A stretch of DNA of 64,000 nt, taken from the NCBI GenBank assembly GCA_964016885.1, contig OZ024741.1, forward strand, positions 125,674,001 through 125,738,000. The letters are read 5' to 3'. A program made the translations under genes and the position numbers. This DNA comes from Eledone cirrhosa (Eukaryota). This document shows positions 29,229 to 42,489 of this stretch, piece by piece (positions within the stretch are counted from its first letter, which is position 1; the number at the start of each line of letters is the position of its first letter). The notes beneath the pieces are model-generated. The model had not been told where the DNA came from. It saw only the letters and a list, made by a program, of their open reading frames with translations, and made no database searches.

Positions 29229-30249
29229 TCATACAATAGGAAAAGAGTCAGGACTCCGACGGCTGAGTTCCGGCCGTTTCGACAGCTAGATCCGTACTCA
29301 GCCGTCGGGGTCCTGACTCTTTTCCTATTACCCACTCTACTACACTAAGTACTGAGTACTCTGGTGCGTTATGGTCCACCTGGTTTCTTACCACACCATC
29401 TGTGTTCCTTATACTCATACATATAAATGTATGCATATGCACATACCTACATGCACACACATATACACATACGCGTCAGCGTGTTGAAAAAAAACCCCTA
29501 GAATATATAGAAATGTGAAACAGTCCGAATCTCACAAAGAACATCTTGATTTCAAATCCCGCCGAGATCAGCTTTGCCTTACATCCTATAAAATTAAGTT
29601 CCATTCAAATACTGGTGTCGATTTCATCTGTGTCATTAGAATGCTGGGGCACCACAGTTTTAACGTTTTGGACACTAGTCCTTCATCAGAAAATAAAGTT
29701 AGAAATAGAAGATAAAATAGAAAGATAAAGAGTGGAACATGAAGGAGCGGGGAAACACGAAAAAAACACACGAGCGTATTTAATCAGTCATTTTGGAGAT
29801 TTGTTGGTCAAGAGGTATCTTACGCGTTAGAGAGGTTTAGAAAGGGAGGTGATCATTGTATATGTGGGGTGGACATGTGTGTATGCGTGCGCATGTGTGT
29901 GTGCGTGCATGTGTGTGTGCGCACGTGTAGGAGTGTTCGAATGTTTGAAGGATGTGTGTTGGACCAAGGTAGACTGGTTAGTGTGAGAACGTGGATGTGT
30001 GAGTGAGCATGCGCGCGTGAACTGACCAACATAAGGGAATGTACAAGAATGTATATGAATTTCTACATATACATACATATACACACACATTGTTGCAGAT
30101 GAGAGGGGCAGTGTAGAAAGAAGGTGGTAGCGAATATGACCGTTGTCTTTCTATTTCATTATATGATATGGTCGTAAGAGAAGCGGCTTAGCTTCGGATA
30201 CAACGATATGGTGCTGCAACCGTAAACGGCTAAACTACAAAGTATATAT

Positions 30250-30326
30250 ACAGGGTGTCCCCTAAATGTATTCACACTTCAACAGCATTTTAAAAGATAT
30301 GTGTATACATTTTTGGGGACACCCTG
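30250..30326. mobile_element. Tiny Tc1/mariner-type MITE (similar element at 37203-37297)
   Basis: TA-CAGGGTGTCCCC...GGGGACACCCTG; the second copy reads TA-CAGGTTGTCT...AGACAACCTG-TA. Confidence 0.55.
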
Positions 30327-30327
30327 A

Positions 30328-30490
30328 TGGTTTCTACACAGTTTCCGTCTAACAAATTTCACTCACATGGCATTTGTCAACCCGAGGCTACAGTAGAAGA
30401 CACTCGCCGAAGGTGCCATGTAGTGGGACTGAACTTGAAACCACATTGTTACCAAGCAAACTTCGTAAACCGCACACCCATGCCTGTACC
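30328..30490 (-). mobile_element. SINE-like family C (also 10085-10205 and 38780-38910)
   Basis: Recurrent ...aaatttcactcacatggcatt...gtagaagacactcgccgaaggtgcc...gggactgaac, with a B-box-like GTTCAGTCCC on the minus strand. Confidence 0.6.
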
Positions 30491-30859
30491 CATATGAATA
30501 AAATTTCCCTTTTAAAAAAAATCTTAAGTGAATAACGCAATCAAGCTAATTGTAGAATGTAAGTTTTAAAAATATATCGAGGTTAATTCGAGGCCGGATT
30601 AAGGTCACTGATCCCCAAAGCACAATGGCGTTCCTCTCAACACATCCATTGTGTCTCTGACAAGACATAATAGGTACTGAATGCAAATTAATAGATTAAA
30701 AAAAACAGTTTACTTCCAGATCAGACTCTACAAGTATATTAAGTATAAGCTGTTTTACTTTAATTGTCTTTAAGTAACAATAAATCGTCATTATCAGGTC
30801 AAGCTTGTTCATATTGCGTCATATAAAATCATTAGAGTCTTCATGACTTCTATTGTCAC

Positions 30860-31305
30860 CGGGTCTATAGATGTATGTAACAGTAATACACTTGGGGAAA
30901 TTATTGATCCTGACCATTGACCTCAGAGAGGTACCTCTGACCATGTTAGCATTTATACACTTGTGAAACTTGGTGATCCTGGTCATTGACACCAGAGAAG
31001 ATCTTTTAAGCAGGTCTATAGCAATAATAACTGGGGGAACCTGATGATCTTGGCCATTGATCTCAAATGGATTCCTCTCTCCGGGTTTATAGATGACTGT
31101 AGCAGTAATACACTTGGGTAACTTGGTGATCTGAGCCATTGACTTCAGAAAGGCTCCTCTGCCGATGTCTATAGCAGTAATACACTTGGGGAACTTGGTG
31201 ATCCTGGTCATTGACTTCAGAAAGGTTCCTCTGTCGAGGTCTATAGCAGTAATACACTAGGGGAACTTGTCGATCCTGACCATTGACTTTAGATAGGTTC
31301 CTCTG
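30860..31305. repeat. ~72-bp degenerate minisatellite, about 6 units
   Basis: The unit tctatagcagtaatacacttggggaacttggtgatcctggtcattgac recurs (e.g. at 31168 and 31240). Confidence 0.85.
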
Positions 31306-31575
31306 CCCAGCATCACGCGATTGTCGTTCTAGCTTAAGAACATCCATGGTCACTTTGTCATTGCGAGACAAACTCCTTAAACACTCGCCATGCCTGTGAC
31401 TATGTCACCTTCGATTATGTCACCTAACATGATGATTCATCAGTAATTTCTTGATATCGATCATCGTCAACCAGATCGATTGCATCTATGCAACGTCTAA
31501 CAGTTTGGTAACTGTACATTACTGGTTGTAATACTAACTGTAAAAGTCGAATTTTTAGACTATTATTATCATTAT

Positions 31576-32875
31576 TGGCAGTATCGGTAGAGGGTCGGAC
31601 GCTATGCTTTGCAGCATTGAGTTACGGCCCTTGCCATTCTGAGTTCAAATCCCGCCGAGGTTAACTTTGCGTTTCATCCTTACGGGATCGATAAAATAAA
31701 GTACCAGTAATACACTGGGATAATAGCTGGCCTTGTGCCAAAAGTAGAAACAATTATTATTATTAGTAGTAGTAGTATTAGTATTCCTTTACATTCTGGT
31801 TCCAAATCCCGCCAAGGTTGACTTTACCTTTCATCCTTACGGGGTCGATAAAATAAAGTACCAGTAATGTACTGAGATCGATTTAATCGACTTTCCCCTC
31901 CCTTCAAATTGCTGGCATTGTGCCTAAAGTAGAAACAATTATTATTAATAAGTTGGTAGAATCGGTAGAACGTCGGACAACATACCTTACGGCATACAGT
32001 TACGTCATACATTACGTCATACATTATGAGTTGGATAGGCAAAGCGGGTGGGCAGAGTCGGTAGAGGGGTGGAGAAAATGCTTTGCGGTATATAGGTACG
32101 ACTTTCTGTGTTCTGAGTCAAAATACCACCGATGTTAACTTTGCCTTCCATCCTTACAAGGTCGATAAAATAAAGTAACAGTAACGCACTCGGGTCGATT
32201 TAATCGACATTTCACTTCCTTTCAAATTGATGGATTTGTGCCAAATATAGAAACAATTATTATTTGGATTGTCAAGGCGGTGGATTAGCAAAGTCGTACA
32301 AAATGCTTTGCGGTATTTGGTTACATTTTTCTATGATCTGAGTTGAACCGGCTCATTATATTCTGCATTCAAATCCCATCGAGGCCATCTTTGTCTTTCA
32401 TCCTTACGAGATATTTAAAATAAAGTACCAGTAATGCACTAGAGTCAGTTTAATCGGCTTTCCCCTTCCCTTCAAATTTCTGGTCGTAGAACCAATTATT
32501 ATTTGGATTGCCAGGGCGGTGGATTGGCAGAGTGGGTAAAGCATCAGATACCATGCTTCGCGACATGGAGTTACGGCCATTTACGTTCTGATTTAAAATC
32601 ATGCAGATGTTAGCTTTGTCTCTCATCCCCACGGGGTCTATAAAATAAAGTACCAGTAACGCACTGGAGTCGATTTAATCGACTTTCCTCTTCCCTTCAA
32701 ATTGCTGGTCTTGTGTCAAATTTAGAATCAATTGTCATTTGGATTGCAAAATCGTTTGAGCGTCAGATAAGTTACTTTGGAGTATTTCTTACGGCTCTTT
32801 GCATTCTGAGTTCAAATCTCGCTGAGGTCAACTTTGCCTTTCACCCTTTCGGGATCAATAAAATAAAGTACGAAT
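31576..32875 (+). mobile_element. Cluster of about 6 head-to-tail family A SINE copies
   Basis: The core ...gataaaataaagtaccagtaa... recurs at ~31690, 31847, 32164, 32417, 32640 and 32858. Confidence 0.85.
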
Positions 32876-33363
32876 GAAATGTTCTTGTTGTTCAAGCAAC
32901 GAAACAGCTTGTTCATGAAATCAACATGTAAGTGGTTGAAGATTCTACAGACAGGTGCACCCTTAATGTAATTGTCAGGGGGATTCAGTGGGAAATGGTA
33001 TGTGACAAGGCTGATCCTTTGAATTACTTGTGTAATTCATTGAATGGACTTACAAATAGTTTCCATCACCCCAAGTTCTCCCCCACAAAGCTTGAGTCGA
33101 TCCGTGGTTATGATAAAGGATTCCACACAGTAGGATCGAAACCTGAATGCCGTGGTAGTGCATTGCTGTGGTGTTCACTCATCCAGCAATAAGATTATAC
33201 TATTCATCATTTGTTCTTGTAATTTACACTATTGTTGTGATAACTGCAATATAAAAAATAAAGTACAATTGACCCAAGTAAGCCACTTGCTTTCGATATA
33301 CAATGGGTTCGCACCTTATGCAGTCATTTAGATATAGCTTAGCGCCACACACCCTTTAGGGGC

Positions 33364-33645
33364 TTCTTCTTCTTCTTCTTCTTCTTCTTCTTCTTCTTCT
33401 TCTTCTTCTTCTTCTTCTTCTTCTCACACTCATTGCTGAGAGGGTCGTGGGGGAAAAGTCCTCAAACACTCCTTCCAACGGGTCCTGTCAGAAGCAATCA
33501 TCTCCAACAGATCCGATTGGATCCTCAAGCTTATGGATGTTATCCAGCCATGTTGCTCGGGGTCAGCCCCTGGGTCTCTTTCCGGCTGGTTTTACCCGTA
33601 AAATCTGTCCTGCGATTCTTTCCTGAGACATTCTAACCATTCGGC
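33364..33645 (-). mobile_element. RTE-like LINE 3' end with (GAA)n tail
   Basis: Minus strand reads ...RMSQERIA...GKRPRG*PRATWLD, followed by a (GAA)n tail at 33364-33423. Confidence 0.6.
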
Positions 33646-33713
33646 CAATATGCTGCTGCTGCTGCTTCTGCTGCTGCTGCTGCTGCTGCTACTACTACTA
33701 CTACTACTACTAT

Positions 33714-33786
<73 letters not shown>

Positions 33787-33856
33787 CCCACTAACACCAA
33801 TAAAATAAAAATACATTTTGGCATGTGGTTAGAATGTCTCAGGAAAGAATCGCAGG

Positions 33857-35955
33857 TATTTCATACCTCTGCTCAACACAGAGTTTAAGATTTTGGCCAG
33901 GGTGTTAGCGAAGAGGTTGGCGCTTGTCGTCGGGGATTTGGTTGGGGAGGCGCAAACTTGCGCAATCCCAACCAGGTCCATACACAACGACCTCCACCTA
34001 ATGCGATACATCATAGAGAGGGTAGGGTGTAAACCTGGCTTCGGTGGGGCTCTGATCAATTTAGATCAATCGAAAGCATTCGATAGGGTCGACCATCGGT
34101 ACCTGGAGGCTGTTCTCAAGGTGGCTGGCTTCGGTCCCGTCTTCAGAAGCTGGATCGCTGCAATGCACAGCGGCACCTGCTCGGTGGTCAAAATTAATGG
34201 CCACCTCTCGGAACCGTTTCAGGTCTCCCGATCAGTCCGTCAAGGGTACCCTCTCTCCTCCCTTCTGTACGTATTGACTCTCGAGCCTTTACTGCGGAAG
34301 CTGGAGCTGTTGCAGGGCATCCCGTTCGAACCGGGACGCGGAAAGGCGGACGACATCACCGTGATGGTGTCGGACACCTCAGAAATCGAGGTGCTCAGTA
34401 ACTTATTGGAGGAATATGAAAAGTTGACGGGAGCAAAACTTAACCCGGAAAAGTCGGTGGGCTTGCAACTCGGCGCCTGGAGAGGCAAGTCCATGCCGTC
34501 CAACAGCGTCGTTAGGCGCTGGACGGACAGACCGGTAAAGTTGCTCGGGGTTTCATTCGAGCCAGACCTCTAGGTGGATAAGAATGGGGACGAGGTGACG
34601 GGCAGTGTAGCCAGTCTCACCCAGAAATGGGCTGTGAGGAAGCTATCACTGAAAGGTCGGGCGGAGGTGGCGAACCCGTACATCGCGTCCGTCATCTACT
34701 ACCGTCTTACCGTCGTCCCTTGCCCCCGTTCGCGCCTCGCCATCTTGGAGCGGCTCCTCTTCAAATTCTTGTGGAGGGGTCAGGTTCCGCTGGTGAGACG
34801 GTCCATCTGCTGCCAGCCCCCTCTACGTGGAGGGCTGGGCATGCCGTGGCTAATGATGCGCAGACACGTGCTGAGGCTGTAACATCTCCAGATATTCTGC
34901 CTTAACGGTGAACAGGTGTGGTTGCCGTTTGTCAGACGGGCCTTTCCGCAGCTCGTCTCTTTGACTGAGCTGCAGTCCTGGGTCAAGAAGAGACCGAGAC
35001 TGGGTGACTGGTATCTGGAATGTTGCCAGGCACTCACTGCCCTCTACCAGGCGGGTAATGCGGTCAGTGGAACTTCCACTCTCGAGTTCTATAGAGGATT
35101 AGTGGTGGGCAAGTACGACGACGCACTCAGGGAGGCTCTGGGAGTCGACGAAGTTGAACTAACCAGTCTGTTCCGGAGGACTTTCGAGCCGGGGACGATG
35201 GATAATTTTCAAAAATCCCTCGCTTGGCAGTGGTACCGGGGGTACTGCCGGTTCGAGATAAACTCTACAGGAACGGAAGGGCTGTCAGACGGACCTGCCC
35301 GAGATGCGCGCAGAGCGACGAAACCGTTCTTCACGCACTTGTCCAGTGTCCGTGCATTACCGACTTGTGGAGTTATGTCGAACAGCTGTTGTCGCGTGTA
35401 GAACGGATCCGGCTATCGGCTGAGTCCATAGTGAAGATCGACCGCCGCCTTCCTTTGGCCAGGAAGGGTAGGCAATTTTCCTCTGTCTGGTGGCAGTAGC
35501 GAAAGAGGTTGTATTGTGGACGAGGTTGAAAGGACTGAAGACAGACACTTTTCTCTTCGGCCAATCCCTCATCAACTTTTTCAAGTTTCACTTGGAAAGG
35601 AAGGTGAGGGTGGAGAGAGAAGTGCTGCCCCCCAGTACATTTTCTGAAAGGTGGGTGAATGTGGCGAGAATGGCCCGAGTGAGAGGGCCTACTCTGGTCA
35701 TGCGGCTGTAGGTGGGTAAATTTGAGGAGGAGAGGGGTACCCTTCCAGGGTGCTCTCGAAGCGTCTGGTCGTTCAGGATTGGTGGGGTACCTGAGCGAAC
35801 CCTGGGTGGTCAGCCCCCCCCCCTATTGGGGAATTTTTCTTGTTGTATTTTTCTTGTTATTCATATTGTTTACTCGATTTTTCTGTAAAACCCCACTGTC
35901 CCAGTCTTTTGTATTGTCCTCTATATGTCGGCCCTTGTGGCCAATAAATGAAATC
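33857..35955 (+). mobile_element. 5'-truncated, decayed Tx1-like LINE (sister subfamily of the 43.8-56.5 kb elements)
   Basis: RT motifs LDQSKAFDRV, RQGYPLS and KADD; CPRC...HALVQC; several stops and frameshifts. The 3' end is GGCCCTTGTGGCC followed by AATAAA. Confidence 0.9.
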
Positions 35956-36551
35956 CTTATTTATCATAGCCTCTGAGTTCAAATCCCGCCGAGTTCAAAT
36001 CCCGAGGTTAACTTTGCCTTTCATCCTTACGAGGTCGATAAAATAAAGTACCAGTCACGCACTGGGGTCGATTTAATCGACTTCCCACAAAAAGAAAATT
36101 GGCGGTCTTGTGCCTATATAAGAAACCATTATGAGTTCAAATCCCGCCGAGGTTAACTTTGCCTTTCATCCGTACGGGGTCGATAAAATAAAGTACCAGT
36201 AATGTACTGGGTAGTTGCTGGCCTTGTGCCTAATGTAGAAACAATTATTTATCATCGCCTCGGATCGACCCATGAATTGTGAGTGAAATTAGGTAGATGG
36301 AAACTGTTAGGAAACCATCGGATGGACTGTACTTGTAATTCAAATCGCAAGCCTTGCCATACACTGCGTCACGCTGCATTTTAGGTTAAGGCTATATTCG
36401 TCTGTGGAATGCTCAGTCACTTAAATGTTAATTTATTTCATGAGCAGGCTGTTACATTGATTGAACAACTGACACACTTGGCATCGAAGCCGACGGAATA
36501 TCATTCCACATATATATATATATTTACAGAGTGTGTAGCCGAAACTTCCCC

Positions 36552-36619
<68 letters not shown>

Positions 36620-36758
36620 CTTCGTATGCAAATGAGGCTAAACAGCCCAACTACACAGGCGAAAAAACTATATATTTTCATCTGTCTCAAAGTCCAACAG
36701 TAGGCAGAGAGAAGCGTTGTCCTGATGCGAGCCATTTAAGTTATATACATATACATAC

Positions 36759-36812
<54 letters not shown>

Positions 36813-36901
36813 CAATATCCGCATGTGTGAAAAAGGTAAAAGGAAAAACAGTGCTCAATCGAGAAGAGAGCAGAAATATTATATTATTTATTTATTTATA
36901 G

Positions 36902-37092
36902 GGCGGTGAATTGGCAGTATCGGTAGAGGGTTGGATGCCATGCTTTGATGCATAGAGTTACGGCCCTTGCCATTCTGAGTTCAAATCCCGCCGAGGTTAA
37001 CTTTGCCTTTCATCCTTACGGGGTCGATAAAATAAAGTACCAGTAATGCACTGGGTAATTGCTGGCCTTGTGCCAAAAGTAGAAACAATTAT
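36902..37092 (+). mobile_element. tRNA-derived SINE family A (Meta-domain-like core); other copies at 4570-4760(-), 25298-25477(+), 35970-36250(+), 40540-40730(-) and 42541-42720(-)
   Basis: A box TGGCAGTATCGG, B box GAGTTCAAATCC, core gcctttcatccttacggggtcgataaaataaagtaccag, (ATT)n tail. Confidence 0.85.
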
Positions 37093-37168
37093 TTATTTAT
37101 GTCCATACACGGAACAAAAGCACTACGTAAGGTTCCAAGTTTCAGAATGTAAATATAAGTAAGCAGAA

Positions 37169-37208
<40 letters not shown>

Positions 37209-37599
37209 GTTGTCTCCAAAAAATGTATACAGACTTTGATTACCTGTGCAGACATATTTATTAGAATGGTATATACATTTTTTAAGACAACCTGTATATT
37301 ATTGAAGAAACTTCCTCTTGCTTACGTCACTGTTGACCTTGAATGTCACAAATTCATCTCAACCCACCCCCCACAATGCCCCATCTCTTTTTCTAGAAGC
37401 CAATATGACAAACAGCTTAGATAACCAACTGATTCATTCCGTTCAAGAAAAGGTCAATTCTATTGTATCAAACTTACGTGGGTTAAAATATTGATTTATT
37501 ACTTAAACAAACACAACATCGCAATTTTATTAAAGAGAAGAAAATCAGGCTATTTGACAACCAGCTTTTATAGGGGTATTTCCAAATGACAAACCCAGA

Positions 37600-37848
37600 C
37601 GCAGTGGAGAGGAGAGGAAAATTGTCAAATACCAGGTTTTTACAGCAGACCGCTTGCTTTTCACGCCGGCTGTCGTCGAGACTCCAGTTGTCCTAAATCT
37701 CTGAATTGCCATCTTCCTTCGTAAAATCGGTAAAATGGCCGCCCACCTAAAGAAGGAACCCCGTGAGGCGCTGTAGCTGCTGCAGCGGGTGTTGCTGGCC
37801 GTTCTCCGTGACAATGCCTTCGCCATTTTGTCCGCAGGATGCAGCTAG
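37600..37848 (+). mobile_element. C-terminal fragment of a CRE-like (restriction-like endonuclease) non-LTR retrotransposon
   Basis: EERKIVKY...FTPAVVET...FLRKIG...LLQRVLLAVLRDNAFAILS matches the K..KY / F.P...ET.G / QR.S.A..RGNA signature. Two in-frame stops. Confidence 0.6.
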
Positions 37849-37980
37849 GGTCCATCACTGCCTTCCCGCCTTCCCTTCCTTCCGTTGGTCAATTTCTTCT
37901 TTCATTTTATTTCTTTTCTTTTTCTTTTATTCTTTATTTCATTTGGCATTTAATGTTTCAACTTATAATTTCTTATGTAT

Positions 37981-38128
37981 TGTCTATAACTCACAATTGT
38001 AAAACCGAGAGGAGAGATGTCTATAACTCACAATTGTAAAACCGAGAGGAGAGATGTCTATAACTCACAATTGTAAAACCGAGAGGAGAGATGTCTATAA
38101 CTCACAATTGTAAAACCGAGAGGAGAGA
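37981..38128 (+). repeat. 37-bp minisatellite, 4 perfect copies
   Basis: tgtctataactcacaattgtaaaaccgagaggagaga starts at 37981, 38018, 38055 and 38092. Confidence 0.95.
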
Positions 38129-38911
38129 ATGAGCTTATTTGACAATTGACACCATTTCCAGAGCTATTTCTAAATCTGAAGTCTTTGTACCTTATAAGTG
38201 TAAGATTACGAATTAATGATATAGCCCCCTTTCTGGTTTTGTCTGACCATAAGTTTGCACCTAGTAAGTTATTTTACAAAACCCATGCCCAAGTATGCAA
38301 GTCTCCCCTCTATACGGCACCAATGCTGCTCAGAGGAAAGGGAAAATCAAAGGCCACTGCATCTTGCTGCCAGTGACGTCGCGGTTAATTCTTTTCGAGC
38401 TGAGTGCACTAGAGCAACGTGAAAATAAATGACTTACACAAAGTGCATTTCGGTCTGGGAATCGGATTCAAATCTCATGATATTACGATTGTCAGCCTAA
38501 CACCTTAATAAATTATCTACGCGCCTCCATCAGCATTTATTATAATATTCATTACACAGGAGCATGAGAGCAGTAGATTGGCTGCATGGTAGAGCGTCGG
38601 ATAATATGCTTTGTGTCATATAATTACGTCCCTTTACGTTCTGGGTTCAAATGACACCGCGAATAGCTTTACCTTCGATAGAATAAGCTACTAGTAATGG
38701 ACCGTGGTCGATTTAATCGACTTACCCCTCCACAAACATTGTTGGCCTTGTGCCTACATCAGAAACCATTCCACAAGAGCAGGTATGGCAGTGTTGCTAA
38801 AGAGTGATTCTGGGTTCAGTCCCAGAATCACTCTTTACGCTTTATAGCGTAATGATGGTTAATATATTGTGAGTGGAATTAGGTAAGTGGAAAATGCAGA
38901 AACCCATCTTA

Positions 38912-38942
<31 letters not shown>

Positions 38943-39432
38943 TTTCTCTATTTGCTAAACCTTGATTATATATGTTCTGGCTCGTTAATTTATTAACCTG
39001 CCATAGAACCACATTGGCATACGGTTGGATAATACATGTGTCCATATATGCATCTTTTGCACGTAGGAAAACATACTTTATTATTATTAATCTCCCCTAA
39101 GGTCGAGATAACATTTTGGTCGTTTTTACTTCTGCTATTTCTAGTGGCAGGACATTGACCTTTCCACCCTTGCCTTCTGTCTTTACACACGACACTAGAC
39201 AAGATTGTTTCCTTATCATACATTCTCATCCGGGAACAGTTCTGTTTGGCGCCAGTTCGTGATTTGAACTCGGGAATTTTATATTCTCCGAGTGAGAAGA
39301 ACCCTCTGACGAAAGTTTCCTTCTCAATGGTGTTCCGCATGGATTATCAATTTATTTTGAGACTTGAAACCGCGCGGTAAGGGTAAATATAGTAAGTACA
39401 GTAAACTTTTAAAAATTTATTTTAAAACTTTT

Positions 39433-39463
<31 letters not shown>

Positions 39464-39484
39464 TTTTTTTAACTTTCTAAAGGT

Positions 39485-41030
39485 TTAGCTCCCACCCCAC
39501 TATCTTGTTCCAATTAACAAAACACTAATCTATGCAAAACTTTAGCTTAAGCGGACAACTGCAAGGCGACCCTCATCGACCGTAAAAGTTTGAAGTTTTC
39601 GCCCGGAAAGTCATTTTTTCAGATAAAAATTTTTCATCTTTTATATAATTTTCTCTTAAATTAAAAACTTGTTCAGACTTATTCTTGGTATTAGTGACAA
39701 TAAATATAATGGGGAAGGCAACTTGCAAAGCTGGGGACAGAGCGCAGCTATAGGGTAAACACCCATTTTTCGCTGTGAGAGCAGTAACATTTTAACTTTC
39801 GGAAAATATATCCGTATGTGGTTGACAGCTGAGAGAAATGAATACTTGGTTTTGAGTAATATATATATATATACATATATACATATATATGATATGTATA
39901 TATATACTCTCCTTACTATCCTTGCTTTCATATTTCTCCTTGCTCCCCTTTTCTCATTGTATTTGTATATAAACAATACGAGGAGAAAGGGAGAGCAAGG
40001 AGAGCAAGGATAAAAGGAGGGCAAAGAGAGCGATGAAAAAAGCAGAGCAAGGAGAGCAATGAGAAAAGGAGCGCAAGGAGAACAATGAGAAAAAGAGAGC
40101 AAAGAGAGCAACGAGTAAAGGAGAACAAGGAGAGCAATAAGAAAAGAAAAGCAAGGATAGGTTAAGGCAAATATTGCTCAAGTTATGCTGGAAGCAGACA
40201 AAGGTGACGAAGAGGAAGAAGAAAACAATCAACTGAAGAGGGACACTCGAGTTTTCCTCTTTTGTAACTCCTGGTACAAACATTTTCAGCTTTTCTGATT
40301 TTCTATCAGCACCGATTTCCACGACAAAGACTCTTCAACATGTAAGGATGATCCTTGTTACAAAAGTGGACTTGAAAAACTTGCAGAAAGAGGTGTAAAA
40401 CTCATTCAGGATTACAATAACATTCTCACAAAAGATGAAACTGAGAAACAATTTGTTTTATACAGATCGTTAAACATACAGATCGTAAAACAGATCGTAA
40501 AACATACCCAACTGCCACTAAATCCTCTCTTATGCAAAAATAATTGTTTCTACTTTTGGCACAAGGCCAGCAATTATCCAGTGCATTACTGGTACTTTAT
40601 TTTATCAACCCCATAAGGATGAAAGGCAAAGTTAACCTCGGCGGGATTTGAGCTCAGATCATAAAGAGCTGTAACTCTATGCGTCAAAGAATGGCGTCCG
40701 ACCCTCTATCGATACTGCCAATCCAACGCCAATTTCTTACACAAAAATAATGTTCAATATTCAGTGTTCAGTGTTTACTTTGTTTTTGATTCTATAGAAA
40801 TTATTGTTGTAAATAAAAAAGCGTTTCTCTTTTAGAAGTTGTGTGCTTCATTAAGAAAACCTAATATTTCTTAAGTTTTTCATGTTATTTCAGGAATTTT
40901 TAAAATTAACTATTGGTAAATTTGATTCGGAACGTTTTAAAATGTCGCCTAACAGTTGTCCGATTGAACTGAAATTTTACCCCCCGTGTCTTTATGGATT
41001 GGAACAGGATTAAGTGGTGGGGCACCCTAA
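39485..41030 (+). mobile_element. Decayed DNA transposon, probably hATm-like, with a transposase C-terminal remnant
   Basis: LAERGVKLIQDYNNILTKDETEKQF at ~40380-40460. Imperfect TIRs ttagctcccaccccactatcttgttccaat / attggaacaggattaagtggtggggcaccctaa. A SINE is inserted at 40540-40730. Confidence 0.55.
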
Positions 41031-41106
41031 TATATATATATATATGTGTGTGTGTGTTTACGACCAAAGTCGGTGGATTATTTGATCAACAAACTTTCCT
41101 CAACTG

Positions 41107-41169
<63 letters not shown>

Positions 41170-41584
41170 GTGTGTGTATGTGTGTGTGGTGTGTGGGTGT
41201 ATACATTTGTATCTGTTTAAATTTGTGTCTCAGTGTTTATGTCCCGATAACATAAGTACCAGACTTTAAAAAAAAAGTTCTGAAGTCGATATGATCGACT
41301 AAATGAAGGCTGTGCCTCAGCATGGCCGCAGTCGAATGACTGAAATCAGTAAAAGTATAAAAGAGTATATTCCGATGAGGTGACTATGTTGGTGTATATA
41401 TATATAAAACATATAATACAAATGCATATATATAAAAGATATGATTCAGCACAGAGATTAAGGTAAGTTTATAATTAAGGTTATCCGAATTAAAGATAAT
41501 CACGAGATTTTGTGGAGACAAGTGGCTTCTGTGTGGACGGAAAGCAAGCGGGATTATTTATATATGGATAAATATAGCGGTTAC

Positions 41585-41780
41585 GTCAGTTCAGGCTTCT
41601 ACCTGCTACTGGTGCCATGTAACCCAGTATAACCTGCTCCATGGTCATGTGGTCTGTGACTAAACCGGCTCCCCTACCAGAGTTTGGCCAGGTGAAGAAG
41701 GTATGTGGAACCCTAGCAACACAAAAACAAGAACTGTTAAAAGGGCGGATGAACTCCTCAGAGTCAATAACCACCCACCC
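41585..41780 (+). repeat. Interspersed repeat with an inverted homolog at 59225-59410 (possibly a LINE 5'UTR)
   Basis: catgtaacccagtataacctg...gactaaaccggc...ggcggatgaactc matches the reverse complement of 59225-59410. Confidence 0.5.
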
Positions 41781-42191
41781 CAACTATGAATTAAATAGCC
41801 TCACCAACCCACAACTGGCTAAGCGTAGTGAGTACAGCTACACGCCTGACATGGCCACAACCAAACAGAAAACGGTGGAAAAAACACTGGATTGAATTTC
41901 ATTGGTTATATAGTGGTTAATGTGTTCGTCTCATAATCATAACGTCATGTGTTCGATTTCCAGCAGCGCGTTGTGTCCTTGAACAAGGCACATTATGTCA
42001 CGGTGCTCCAATCCACCCTTTTGGCAATAGTAAATTATACATGTTATACCTTTAAGGTCAGCTTTGTCACATACTGTGTCTCGACGAATCTCCCTAAGAA
42101 TTGCGCTAAAGGTGCACATGTCTGTGAATAAATTGAACACAATTGAAATAGTGTAATTGAGAAAGTGGCACTGACAAAACATATATAGAAT

Positions 42192-42489
42192 CAAAGGCAT
42201 AACTAGGGAAAATAGCGCCTATGGCAAGCAGTGAAATTGCGCCCCTGCCCAGCTCTGCATTTTTACCTATGAGCCTAATAATTTATATAAATGGTTTAAT
42301 GATCCAGTCACCATAGTGTTCTCACACATGATAATCAGAGACAGATCATATGTCTGAAGGAGTTTCTTTTTTCGCTCTCCGACGAGGCTTATAAGACTTT
42401 AATAGAACGTGCTCCTAGTCCCAGTGGCGCCCTCTTTATGTGGCGTCCATGGCACGTCCCATGCTTGCCATACCCTAGTTACGCCTGTG
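42192..42489. mobile_element. hAT-type MITE
   Basis: Imperfect TIRs CAAAGGCATAACTAGGG / CCCTAGTTACGCCTGTG. Confidence 0.6.

Noticed and set aside
30860-31305. 72-bp periodicity resembling a repeat-spacer array or a repeat protein (ORF 30819-31211)
   Set aside because: The whole unit is repeated with decay and indels that break the frame; an ordinary minisatellite.
36902-36995. tRNA-like A/B boxes
   Set aside because: SINE heads without a complete cloverleaf; not called as tRNA genes.
37981-38128. 37-bp repeat of CRISPR-repeat length
   Set aside because: No spacers, contiguous tandem copies, eukaryotic context and no cas genes.
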